This document shows positions 43,137 to 56,460 of a stretch of DNA of 64,000 bases, one piece after another (position 1 is the stretch's first letter; every line of letters begins with the position of its first letter). The translations under genes were made by a program, and so were the position numbers. Under the pieces are notes generated by a model. It was not told the DNA's origin, made no database searches, and worked only from the letters and a program-made list of their open reading frames with translations. The DNA is taken from assembly GCA_012295275.1 (NCBI GenBank), contig CM022665.1, positions 3,906,001-3,970,000 of the forward strand, given 5' to 3'. This DNA is from Chrysomallon squamiferum (lineage: Eukaryota > Animalia > Mollusca).

Positions 43137-44212
43137 CAACAAACACAGCTACTCAAACAAAATTTAACTTCTTTATTTTATTTTTTATCTTTTCATGCTT
43201 TATATGGGTGTGTTTTTGCTTGATTATGTATTTATTTACCAAACTAGGCTGTATATATTGATCCAGCTGAAAGTACATCTTAGGATTCAAATAATTTGGC
43301 CTAATTAGAAGGAAATGATAGCAATTTCGAATAATTTAAAACGTTAACTTATTTAGTTCCATTCTTGTTTAAAGTATTTATATTTGTTATCATGCAACGC
43401 TTTTAAACAATTAATGTGAATTTGAATGATTTTGTACCAAAACTGTATACCGATAATATTACAAATACCATCTTCATTAACAGTTTCTAATAATAATAAT
43501 AATAATGGCGACGAGAATGAAAAAAAAATTTGTTCCGAAAAGAACAATTTATTACATCCATAAAACATATTCCCTTAACTGCTTGTAAATGAAATAATGA
43601 CTATATCGGCTAAAGTAATGCAATAGCTCTGCCCTTTGTACGTTGATTCCCTTACAGTTAACTTGAATCCACAAGTCATCTAGATTTCAGCTAAGTTTTA
43701 AACATCTTGACTCATTCAGTCTAATACCAACACTTAAATACATCAAAGGTTATTAAATTTACTTTTCAGGTTTGAAGGAAAGTGCATATAATAAAATAAA
43801 AATAAAAATCTTAAGTATAGGTATCGGGTTTCTTTACTGCATATTTCCACCACTTTTCACATGTTAACGGATCCAAAATGTTCGAAAGGACTTCAGGAGA
43901 GTTAACACGTGAAATGTACCACAAATTTTGCTCCCTGTTGTTCTAGGTGCAAAGGTACTGCGCACGTTCTACTGTCGACAACATGCGTGTTACAAACTGT
44001 TTCCTGTGAATCTTTGAACTTTACTAAATGTGTTGAGAGGGTTCATGTTGTACACTATGAAGGTTATCGATCTGAAGAAAAAAAAAGAAAAAAAAGTAAT
44101 GTCTTTTCATCCACTCTGAGAAAATAAAACTATAGTGAATTATGAGTGTTTGTCCTTAACAATATATTTTTCTTTCGTCTTCATCATCATCGTTTTTTTA
44201 TTATTACAATCA

Positions 44213-44215
<3 letters not shown>

Positions 44216-44300
<85 letters not shown>
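44216..44300. repeat. (TC)n microsatellite
   Basis: Direct observation. Confidence 0.98.
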
Positions 44301-44301
<1 letters not shown>

Positions 44302-45367
44302 AATATCTGTTAGTTTCGCTGTTATCTTTTCACTGCTTATCTGCCTGTCACTCTTCTTTCCACATTATAAACTTATCAGTTTACACTAATTTAATTTATT
44401 TATTTATCGTTATTTTTAGTGGGAAAATACAGCCTTCCCCGATTTATTTGTAAATCTCAGTTTGATTCTGTAGTTAATAAACTAAATCAGAATAATTATT
44501 TTCGATCTACCTGGCCTTCTTTGTCAATAATCATTATTTCATAAGCCTAGAAAGGATTACTAGGTGCGTCCTGTTACTATTTACAGCATTAACTCGGGTA
44601 TTAAAACAGGATTCTGAAATGGAGGCTTCAAGGGAACCTTTTTTTTAGTTTGGGAAAACGTTAATGTTATCGAGAATGGAAATGTGCGTGTTTGTCTGCG
44701 TGTGCGTGTGTGTAATTAATATTAATAATAATCATAGTAGTAGTAGTAAGAAGAAAGAAAGAAAAAATGTTGGCTGGCAACCTCTCCATAAATCCGCTTT
44801 TCGTACCAACAGAATTTATTTACACTAATTGTAAACTATCCACGTTATATCTGCGTCTCGCTTTCTCATATATCACGAAGATTTGTTATTACTTATTGCC
44901 AACCTTATGATCACGATCAGCATTCAGACAGAGATAAAAGCAATATAATATATTTGCATATTACATAAGTTTTCAATTAAACCATTGGTATTGTTATTTT
45001 CTTCGCAATTAACTCTCATTGCCTTTCGTAACTGGAAACCCTTTTGATGGCCGTTTCACTGTTAGAATATTTACATATCTATGGGGTATCTTCTAAGCTA
45101 TATTTCAATGAAACCTCTTGTTTCTTTATGCAAGGATTAATTTTGGATGCTAGCAAATAGGTCTACTAACTACGATTAAGCTCCTCGACACTGAACAGAA
45201 GTAGCAGCAGTCTCTGTGTGTGTGTGTGTGTAACGTTCTCTAAATATATATATATATATATATGCATGTAACGTATGTGTATGTTTAATTGCGTGCATAT
45301 CTGTGTATGTATATTTTCCGCTGACGTATGGCACCCATTCGCCAACATTTCTGAAGTACGTGTGTGT

Positions 45368-45417
<50 letters not shown>

Positions 45418-45460
45418 AAGGGTATGGGCTATTGTTATCAGTTAGTTGCAAGACATCGTG

Positions 45461-45515
45461 TATATTCACCTTCCTATAGACAGGACAGTACAGACCAAAT
45501 GGTCTGATAAACTGG
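45461..45515 (-). mobile_element. Degraded SINE body fragment
   Basis: TATATTCACCTTCCTATAGACAGGACAGTACAGACCA resembles the family segment at 17793-17830. Confidence 0.45.
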
Positions 45516-46154
45516 GATAAAAATAAACCAGTTATGGACGCGAAATCCCCAGTATGAGCACTTCACGTGCTGTCTATCGTTGAGGTGCAGCCCAGTTCTT
45601 ACTCGCACTGAGAATCATACACACACGTACACAGATACATCATGCATACACAGAAATACATACACACATACATACATACATATATATATATACACACACA
45701 CATACATACATACATACATATATATACATATATACATAAATGCATACACATGTATGTACACACGTACGTACGTACATACATACATACATAAAAAATTAAC
45801 ACGGTATTTCTAATGATACGAGTCAACTGATTTAAAAATGAAACCAAAATATACATAATAATATTTTTATCAGATTGTTTCTCCCTCCCCGTTTTTATAT
45901 ATTTTATATACCGGTATTTATTTTATTTTGCTTGGTTTGTTTTGTTTTTTAGGTGAAATATAGACACCTGTTATATAATGAGCTCATACTACAGCTGATG
46001 CTGTCAGCACACATATTTATATGATGACGGACATACACAGTATCTTTTGTTCTTAATAATTCATGAATTAGCTGACATGTAAAATATAAATATCCATACA
46101 TGAAATGTCGTTGTAGTTCTCTCTAGCTCTTCTCTTTCTCTTAACATACACAGA

Positions 46155-46167
<13 letters not shown>

Positions 46168-46224
<57 letters not shown>
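46168..46224. repeat. (GA)n microsatellite
   Basis: Direct observation. Confidence 0.97.
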
Positions 46225-46231
<7 letters not shown>

Positions 46232-46321
46232 ACAGAATGGACAAACCGCGTAAAAATATATAGAAGTTAAATATAAAAAAGTCGAAAATATTTGAAACAT
46301 TATTGTTTGTTGTTGTTGGTT

Positions 46322-46348
46322 ATAATAATAATAATAATAATAATAATA

Positions 46349-46438
<90 letters not shown>

Positions 46439-46439
46439 T
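46322..46439. repeat. (AAT)n directly followed by (TAT)n, a self-complementary compound microsatellite
   Basis: The switch occurs at ~46350. Confidence 0.95.
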
Positions 46440-47289
46440 AAACCGATAAAATCATATTTCCTTTTTCTCTTAATTTTTGTTTCCCTTTTTTCCTATAGGA
46501 CTATATCGCTGTTCTTAACAAACATGATAAAAATCTGCACGTATGTGTATGTGCTGTACAGTTATTAAACTGCTCATTCAAATAAAAACCAAAAGAAGAA
46601 TCAGACGAAAATTAACAAATATTTAGTAGCGGGTGAATGAAATTTTGCGATTCAGACGAGAATGAGTTAGTTACAAGACAAGCAATATTATAATCTACAT
46701 GTAATACTTTGTAATAAAATCACGTCATACAATTAATTTTTATTTCTGGATGGATCTTCTGGAGTGTTCGGCAGGCAGCTTTCTCTGTCTAGACAAGTAT
46801 GTAATTTTATAATTATTTGTGTCTGCATATATTTTTTAATGGATTCTTGGATGGAATGAATCGAATATTTATAAAATTTCAGATGTTTTTTTTGGTTTTA
46901 TTTTCTTATTTTCTTATTTATTATTATATTTTAATCATTTCCTTTCGGAAGATAAAAAGGATTGTACTTTTATCATGAAGTAATATACTTGGAATATATG
47001 TTTTAAAATTTTCATGGCGCGAATTTACTGATTTATTTGTATGGTTATAAATATATCTTCTTTTTTTTTTCTTTTCTTTTTTTAAGTTTTAGTTTTATTA
47101 TTAATAACCCTGGAAATTACACAAGCTGTCTACAAAGCTGATTTATTATTAGGTCAGCTATAATAAAGAGTGAAATGTAAGTATGCATTGTGCAATGGGT
47201 ATTTGGAAGGAAAAAAAAAATACATTGTTATACAGTCAGTCTAAAACCCAACCGTTTGTTGCACTAACTCTCAGCCTTGACGATAAATC

Positions 47290-47420
47290 GGCTTCTGGGG
47301 CCACGTGCTATCTAGCGCCGATTTCATCTACAAAAGGATTGTGGGTATTGCCGTCCGCCATTTTGTTGTGTGTTTGTGCTGTCTTGTCTGTGTGTGTTTT
47401 CACGTGGATAATAGGTAAGT
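47290..47420 (+). promoter_or_regulatory. Candidate proximal promoter and non-coding first exon of the CELF gene (donor at 47415)
   Basis: YY1-type CCGCCATTTT at 47355-47364, E-boxes CACGTG at 47302 and 47401, consensus donor ATAG|GTAAGT at 47415-47420; locally GC/CpG-rich and followed by CpG-poor DNA. The start-codon exon has an acceptor, so an upstream exon is required. Confidence 0.62.
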
Positions 47421-48798
47421 TCTTACCGTTACTGAATGCAAATAAAGTAGTGTAGATGCAAGTTGCGTTTGCACTATATGTGCGTGCACAGCGATTAACA
47501 AAACCACCTTTAGCGGGGCACAGTATAAAACGGTTTGTTTTTGTTCCACTGACAAGCGAGGCAGCCAAGTCAAGTTTCCGATCGACTGGCAGCGGGAAGG
47601 CAACAGGTGCATTTTCCACATTTACACCTGGATTCACAGAAAAGGAAACTTGAACAAATACATTCTAAAGCATTTTATTCAGTCATAATGAATAAAGAAA
47701 CTAAATATATATCTTTTCTACATATTTTCTTTTCATTATTAAGTCAGAAAAATAATTTTCTACCAGATTTTTAACTTTACAAAAATCATCAATAATACTA
47801 CCTAAGTAATAGTAGAACGTTGTTATGTTCGTTGTTCAGAACGTCGAAATAGTTTTTAATGTATTTAATTTATTTCTGGAGCATATTTTCTATGTATAAT
47901 ATTTATTATCAGATAAAGCAAAGTACTACGAATAATTACACATATTTATGAAATGTTAAATTGTACGTTAGGAAATTGTAATTATTACATCATACCAAAC
48001 CCTGGTAGTATGCTATCGGTGTATTTGTTTCTTACTTTTTATTTTTCCAGACAAATGGAGTGAGTTTAATCAATTCCATGAGCCTTCGTTAGGTCAAAGC
48101 TCAGCAATCTGAAGAAGAATATATAAAAAAAAAAAAAAATGAAATGTCTAATACAGATAACCTAATTTTATTTGACAGTTAAGTGCTACTTGTAGAAACT
48201 TTTACAGTAACCTTACAATTTTTCTATTTATTTCATTTGTTAAATATAAATTTGCTAATAAGCCAGCCTTTATAATTTAGGCTGTTTTTGCTTTGTCATG
48301 GACTGCAAACAGAAGAATCATCTACGTGTTATTTGATTAATATTAAAAAGAATTGTAACTGCTTTCAAAAGTAATAAATAAATAAAAATATTTATTTTAA
48401 ATAACTGAACAAAGTATTCCGACAAGTTTGTATGGCTGATTTCTGCAGGATTTTATTTTCATATGCTTTTTTGTACATGTATTTAACCTTCGTTATTAAA
48501 TGTAAACATGTTAGTTCAGCTGATTATTGAATAGAACTATGTCTGATACTCTAAATCAGCATTCTCAGATGAAACATTTAATATTCAGTTTTATCACAGA
48601 TTTTTAAAATACTCCTTTAAGTGTAAATAAATTATACAGTAGATATTGCAGTGTGTTTGGTACACTTTATGTTTTTGTATTAATAATAATTATTTCTATT
48701 TGGCATGTATATAAAGATAACATGCATCTTCTGTAATATCTGAAATTTAGGAAATTGTATATTCCATCAATAAAATAAGTAATGAATATAATTATAAC

Positions 48799-48844
<46 letters not shown>

Positions 48845-51140
48845 GATAATTTATTCACATTAAAAAAAAAATTCAGTTCCACCCCTTCATGTAAAATCTG
48901 ATGATATATTTTATGTTCTTGTTTTTAATATTCATTAATTTGAACACATACTAAAATTATATTCCGCTGATACTGGAAGGATCTGAGTAAAGTCAGGGTT
49001 CTAATAAAAGTTAAAAAGGAAGTTTGTACGTAGAAAACAGAATCTTGCTTAATATAAAAATAAGCCTTTAAAAAGTGACAAATGTAATATTTAAAAAATA
49101 TTTATTATTGTAAATAAATGCAACTGTGCCAGAAATTATTTGAATTAGGTTTAAACAGTTTCTTCTAAAATTAACAAAAGTTATTCTTTACTTTTTACTT
49201 TTGTATGTCTTGTATAATTCTTTTCACATAGGTGTATGGTTAATAAATTGTTGTTTTCAGGACACTCAAATCATTTTAATTGCAGTTCAGTAATGATTTA
49301 TATTATTTGAAGCAAAGTAAACATGTCCATACATGCAGCATAAATCCTTAAATTGTGGTTATATTTTGTATCATTTTGTTTTAAATAAAGCATTATGAAA
49401 ATATAATTATGTATGTAAGTGAACATTTAATGCAAGTTTACATCCCAAAATTCAATGAAATTTTCAAGAGCTGCATTATATTCATTTTCTTTTTTTTTCC
49501 TTTTTGTTTTGTTCCTTTGAAGGTTTATTGTTCAAAGGTATTGATCATTAGCTGATGTGCAGTAGTCGTGGATAATTACTGAGAGGTATGCGTGATAAAC
49601 GGAAAGACTGAGAATTTTTTCAACAGGGAAAAATTAAAACATTTTTTTTATTCCATTCTCATTCTATATATCATTATAATACAAAACAGTAGCTAGAAGA
49701 ATTATCTATCAATAACAGTGGTTTTTTTTTTTTAAAATATTTTTTTTAAGTCTGTTTCCAGACAACGGTTTAACATAACTGAAATCGGATATCATTGGCA
49801 GTGTATGTTTAAAGTTTTCTTTTTAAATAATCCTACTTTTAAGTTTTCTCGCATATTCGATATTGACGTTTTTAAAATTAATTATTGATCACAGATGAAA
49901 AATGAGTTTTTAGCCTTGTTCACATTCAGTAATATTTTTGTTATTGTTTTTCAGTCATCTTTTGGGTGTATCTCTCTTTCTTTTTCTTTATTTTTTCTTC
50001 CTTTTTTTTTTTTTTGAGACAGGTAACATTTTTTGATGTTTGTTTCATAACATAGATCTTGACATATAAATAGCTGATGAACTAGTAATAAATAAACTAT
50101 GACACTGTTTCACTATTTGAAAAATATAATCTTTTTGCTTTTTAAATTACAGAGGTTAAAATTCCTATGGGCCAGTAGATTAAAAGAAGATGATCTTTGA
50201 TTTTAGTGAAATGCTTTTTATTTATTTATTTATTTTTTATTAGATAATTTTACATACATTACCTTTTAAAATACTTAGAAATGTTGAAAGTATTCCAGCA
50301 CATAAAGAAGCAGTGTACATACGGCTTTCTGAGGTTTTCTTGATAAGATAAATGAATAAAAAAATCATGAAGGAGATTTGGGTCAATTGTAAATGTACAT
50401 CCTGTGTTGATCAGTGACCCTTCCTGGTAACATCCTGCATGTTAGTCCTGTCTATAGGATAACCTTCACAGTATGTTGATAAAAGTACACATGTAAGATA
50501 AACCAGGCCCAGAGCATGAAGGTGATTTTTCTGATCACTTACAGCGAACAATGAATGTTTTATAATGGCTTCATATCAGTTATTAAGTAACTGTAACAGT
50601 AATCGTTGAGGATCAACTAGACATTATATATGTTTGTGTTTTTGTCATCATATTTTATGAATTTCCATTTGGACCCAGATGCATGTTAATAAAGGTGTGC
50701 ATTTTCTTAAAATACAGAAATTTTATGGGGTCACGTATTGTAGCTACATTAGTCTCTGGCTTGACATTTGTTCTGATCTAGTGATAACCTTGTTCATGTG
50801 CATTTCTATAGGAAATTTGATTCATAAATAATACAAGTCGAATGTAAAGTTAATCATAAAAATTACTTCATATATTACACTGGGATGCAAAATTGACTCC
50901 AGCTTTCATGTTACATTACAGAAGAATGCGATTAATAAAATTAATTGTGGTCCTTGATTATTTGCATTTGTGTCTTTGATAATCAGTAACATGTCTAGCA
51001 ACAGGAAAAAAAAAAAAAAAAAAAAAAATCCTACTGCTTAAACTAGTGACTATTAACTACACAAAAATCTATATATGGCTTTCTTCACAGAGTGCTTTCA
51101 ATCATTGTCCATTCAGAAAGTATAATTATTTTTCAGAACT

Positions 51141-51309
51141 ATGAATTCCCAAATGCAGAGTAAAGAACCAGACCCTGACAGCATCAAGATGTTTGTCGGC
51201 CAGATTCCTCGCTCCATGGATGAAAATGACTTGGGGAAACTCTTCGAAGAGTACGGTCCAGTGTTCCAACTCAACATTCTCAGAGATAAAGTAACTGGCC
51301 AGAGTAAAG
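51141..51309 (+). CDS. CELF2: CELF1/2 (CUGBP/Bruno-like) RNA-binding protein, coding exon 1 (RRM1 N-half); exon starts at 51137 after the tttcag acceptor
   Basis: [57 protein letters not shown] matches the CELF RRM1 signature ([13 protein letters not shown]); donor AAAG|gtgtgt at 51310, phase 1. The symbol denotes the CELF1/2 subfamily co-ortholog. Confidence 0.96.
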
Positions 51310-54101
51310 GTGTGTATGATAGCAGTAATACCTGTAGGTATAATAAATGTCTGGATTCTGCACCAACACACCACCCCCATTTATTTTTGTATTTTTTTTT
51401 AGTTTGTTATTATTTACCATTTTTGAATAAGAAAAATAAAGGGATTGTCAGAAGGTCCACATTTTGGGGGAGATTGTCAGCATGGGTTGAAATTCCCTTG
51501 TTTTGATACTGTACATTTTTATTATTTTTATTATTTTTTATTTATTTTCAAATTACACAAACCTAGACAGTCACTGTAAATACAATAAAAATAATGCAAT
51601 AAATCTTTGTAGTAAAATAAAACGTAGGATTTGAAAATTAAAAAAAAATAGTTTATAAATGTTTTTAATGCTGATTTCACACTTTATAAAAACATTAAAG
51701 AAATATGTGTGTGTACAGACTTCAACAGCCCCGCTGAGTCACCACAAGGCCATGCTGTGACTACTAAGGGCTCTGTATTAACCAGCCATAATGCTAAGCT
51801 CAGTTTCATACCTGGGGCGCTTTTATTATTGTAACCCATTGTGACTAACTGTTGCACACTTGACAGCACTCTGGTCTCAGTTCTTTGTGCAGGTTACTTG
51901 TAGAGTCAATGATTTCTTAATGGCTACAATGTTTTCATTCACTCTCTGACAATCACCAACTTTAGTCACAGAATGAGTTGATAGAAGAGAACAGTGCAGT
52001 ACAGAAAGTGAATATGTAAAGCACTCCATAATTCTTTTGTTAGGAACAGTTACAAAGTATTTTCCAAGTATGCTTGTATGCATGTGTGGGAATTCAGAGC
52101 TGAGTAACCTGTTGAGTAATAGTAACAGAATATTTAAGCTGTGTAATAATAATAATGTGTGAACATAGTAACTATAGTTGATATCTTGTATAAATATAAC
52201 TTTGCTTCTCATACTTTTGTTATAAAAATAAATAATACAAGTATTAAAAAAGCATGCAAATCAAAGATCTTTTTACTCTTGAAAAAGTCTAAATAATAAA
52301 ATAGAGAGATATCTGATCACTGATCTTGATTTACTGAATGGCAGTACTGCATTAATCTCTCTCATAAAATTTGACCCAATTCGTATAACAAATATCTTAT
52401 ATTTAATGGTTTCCAAAGGCTTTATCTCTGTTAAATTTTCTGTCTGATTACAAAGGTTTCTGATAAATGAGCTGCACTGGTCTCTCATTCTACAAGTTTC
52501 CCCTACACATAACCCTGACACCTGACCCAATTAGCCAGGACATGCCACTACATGGTTTATGTTTATCTGCTGGTCTGGCATGGTACCATCCTTATCATTT
52601 TTTTGGCATGCTAAGCACTGCAGTCTACACCTTGCCTACATGGCCATCTTCATCATGCATTTTTACCATGTGCAAGCATGGCTAAATTTATCTTCTGTTG
52701 GGCATGAATTATGCATTATTGTAAAAATTAAACTTTGGGCAAGTGTTTTTTTTTAATTAAAATTACAATTATTATTATTATCATTTTTTTATATTATTAT
52801 TAATAATTTATTTTTTTAATAGAAGCGTGTTACTAAACACTTTAAACAAACAACCCCACCACCCAAATATATAGTGGTTTTTTTTGTTTGTTTGTTTGTT
52901 TGTTTTTTAATTTATTTAATTTATTAATAATTTAATAAAAGGAAATATTAAAAAAGGATTTGCAATTGTTGGTGGCGTGTTTCTCCACACAATGTTATAC
53001 ATTTTTCTTGTATAAAATATTATAATTCCAGTTTTGTCTATTTTAATTTTTACTTCGTAGTGCTTTAAAATGTGCTGAATTTCATAGTATTCAGCTGCAT
53101 TTGTGTAGTAAATCTGAAGTTTGCTGCTGTTGTTTTTCCAAATTAATTTAGAATCTGTATATAGTATGCTCTTTCAATATTGTGATTTTTGATATTTTAA
53201 AAAATCTGGACTTTAAAAAACAACAACACCAAAACCCCAGTAACATAGTAATTGCTTTTTGGTTTATTGGAAATGATATGTTTTAGAAAAAAAATTGTAT
53301 CTCTATTTGAAATGAGATTTGTTAATAATAATATCAGAGGCATGGAAATTTTGATGTTGTTTACATAGTCACATGGTTTGATGTGGGCTTTTATTATAAT
53401 AACAAAAAAAAAAAAACTTTTATTTACAAAGAATGTTTTTGACATGTGATAAGCATAAATGCGTTGCAGATAGCAAAAACTGATGATAAAATGAATAGTT
53501 AATTACAATATTTTCCTTTGAATGTAGGAAGCATACTCATGTTGTTTGTTAGCATTTATAATTAAATTGTTACATAATACATTGTGTAACAGGTGTTGTG
53601 CACTGATCAAACATCATGTAGCATAATGATAACTGTTTTTTTATTTATTTATTTATTTTTATAACTTGAAATGCAAATGAATAACAATATATCTTTGGGG
53701 TTGTGTTAATAAAAAATATATGAAAAAATTGTTAAACCTTACAGTTTATACCTCAAAATCAAATAGTTCATTCTTCGGGAAATAATTTATTGCAGGTATT
53801 AGTAGAAGAATAAAAAAAAAACTTATTACATCAATATTTGCCTGTATAATCAATCCAGTATGAAGCAATTTATTATTATTCTTTGAGATAAACAGTATTT
53901 AAAAAAATCCTTGTTTGTTTTTAAAATACTTGATATTGGTGGAAATATTGCTAGGTTTACAGCTACTATTTTAAAGGCATTTTCCTTTTCAACATTTAAA
54001 ACAGTTACTAAAATAATATTTATTTAAACATCTTTTTTTTTCTTTTTCTTTTTTTGTTGTTGTTATAATCATTTATTAATTTACATTGTAATTTATTTCA
54101 G

Positions 54102-54184
54102 GTTGCTGTTTTGTAACATTCTACACAAGAAAAGCTGCCCTTGAAGCTCAAAATGCCTTGCACAATATCAAAACAATGCATGGA
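54102..54184 (+). CDS. CELF2: CELF coding exon 2 (RRM1 RNP1 and C-half)
   Basis: tttcag|GT...GGA|gtgagt, 83 nt; (G)[27 protein letters not shown] is nearly identical to vertebrate CELF1/2. Confidence 0.97.
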
Positions 54185-56411
54185 GTGAGTATTGATTATT
54201 TTATATTTCCTTTTGCATTAACAGTAAAAGAATATTTCTGGCCAGTTTCTGTGTTTCTAAAACAATATTTGAAGGTTTTATAAATTGCTGAAGGTTCTCT
54301 TGTCACTAACTAATAAGGGAGTCATCTTGTTTTCTAAATGGTAACATCAGCTAATTAGAAAGTCTTGAACAGCATTGACCACATTATTGGAAATGTATTA
54401 ATACAAGAATCTACATTATTATGTCAGGAGTGTTAGTTTCTGTATTTATAATGCATTTAATAAAAAAAAAATTAGAATTTAAAAAAAATACCTAGTCAAT
54501 CTTGTGTTCAATCATTTTTAATCTTTTCTTGTGGGTTTTTTTTTTTTTTTCCCTTTATTTTAATAAAAACTAATAGGTCTTTATTAAGATAATAACATAA
54601 TTATAGGAATCTTGTTATTGGAATATCTGGGTTCATTTGACAGTCTGTCTTTCCAGACTAATAAGTAATGAAGACATTAAGCAGATTGAATTTGATCATT
54701 TGGCTTTTTGATTTATCAAACATCCAGTGGGACAGGTCTAGAAAAAGAGCTTGTCTCAAGACTGATCCATATTCAAGTCTGCTGACAGTTTCTCACATTG
54801 CTGAAAGCTTTCGTCTGGGCACTGGTTAGGAAATATTGACACCACATCATGGTTTCTCAGTTAATCTATTTCTCTCCTGAGGTTCTTAGATTTTTTTCAG
54901 CATGTACCCAAAGTTTATTTTATTTTCCTATAGCTTTCACTGACAAATTACAATTGTGAATGTAAGTACCAGAATGCTTGAATTTGCTACAGAACAGTTG
55001 GTATGTGAAACTGTTGCACTAGCATCAAGAATGGGATAACACAAAACTATTGCAGTACAAGTTCCTTTTTTTATCAAAGTGCTTTCAGAATGGTATAAAT
55101 GTTGTTTATGGCCCATGAGGATAATGTATGTTTTTGCTTTTCTTTTGTTGTAAATGTTTAAAATGAAATGGGAGTAAAAGCCTGCTTCTGCTGTTGTTTT
55201 TTCTTTTCTTTTTTCTCCAAAAAAACCTCATTAAATTAAAAAACAAATAGCTGTCTTTGGCATGGTGGGTGGCATATATACTGAATGTAAAGTTTGTTTA
55301 TCTTGTCAAGTGTCTATAACATTTTAACTTTTAGACAGTTGTGACAAATGCATTCATTCCTGGCACTTGAACTACAAACCATTTATTTTTACTTAGCATT
55401 TACTCGTGCAAATAACCTTGCTTCTCTGCAGTCTCTGTATTGCCTTGCATATACTATACCTGAAATGTACTCGTACTCAGTAAATAAACAAGGTCTGCAT
55501 TCTTAAATGTAGTGCACTTTTAATAGTGTCAAAGAACCGTGGCTTTTTCCACCTTGCATTTCCCACCTTGCATTTCCCTTCTTGTTTTAATGAGGACAGT
55601 AGCATTGGCACATGGTATTATTGTCAATTTGTCAGTTATAATGCAGCAGCCACTGATAAATTGTTTCCCTCATCATGAAGCAGAGAATCTGACACCCACT
55701 AATGCAACTGGAGATAATCTAATCTTGGAACAAGAGCCCGATTCCCCAAGCTTTCACTGAGTTTATGATATACCAGACAACAGTGTTCTTTTACACATTT
55801 TTCTGACCTGTTACACATGGTAATGTGATACTTATCAAATATCTGTATTCTGCATTTAAAAAAAATGACAAGTATTGTGATGTGCTGTACATAGTGTTCT
55901 ATAAGCAGGTTTAGAATTGAAACGAAGCACTGACCATATAAAATTGGATGAAACAGTTTTTGAAATAAAATAGTTCAGTGCAGTATTTTTTTATTCTTTA
56001 GTACTATCCATTATTTTTTTGATGTTTTACAGAAAATTACGTTTTTACCAATTTCATAAATGTGTTTCTGAATGCATGATTTTTTTCTAACTTGTAATAA
56101 CTGGATTATATTGTCAGTTGTAGGTTATTTCAACATGTAAATTTTCTTTTCTTTTTTAAAAATAATTTTAATTCTGGTTTTTTCCAGTGCTCGTTTATTA
56201 TAACTTTAATGGGTAATAAAACAGCTGCAGATGTTTATCTGGCTCTTATTGCATAGGAAATGTTAAATATTCAGAATGTAGAATCTAAGTTGCACAAGGA
56301 ACTGGGAATTAATGTAACCAAATGCCTTGTGTAACTATTGTCATTAATATGCTAAAATCACCTTTAAATCTTCTCTTTTGTTGAATATTTTACTTTGCCA
56401 TGTTGTATCAG

Positions 56412-56460
<49 letters not shown>

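Noticed and set aside
47183-47653. Overlapping ORFs on both strands near 47.2-47.6 kb
   Set aside because: No recognisable domain; explained by the locally higher GC of the promoter region.
51310-51506. C-terminal half of ORF 51141..51506
   Set aside because: Read-through into intron 1 past the donor at 51310; CELF similarity resumes at 54102.
51841-51903. Branch point-like GACTAAC plus acceptor at 51892 leading to an immediate stop
   Set aside because: Two intervening AGs and no donor; not distinguishable from chance.
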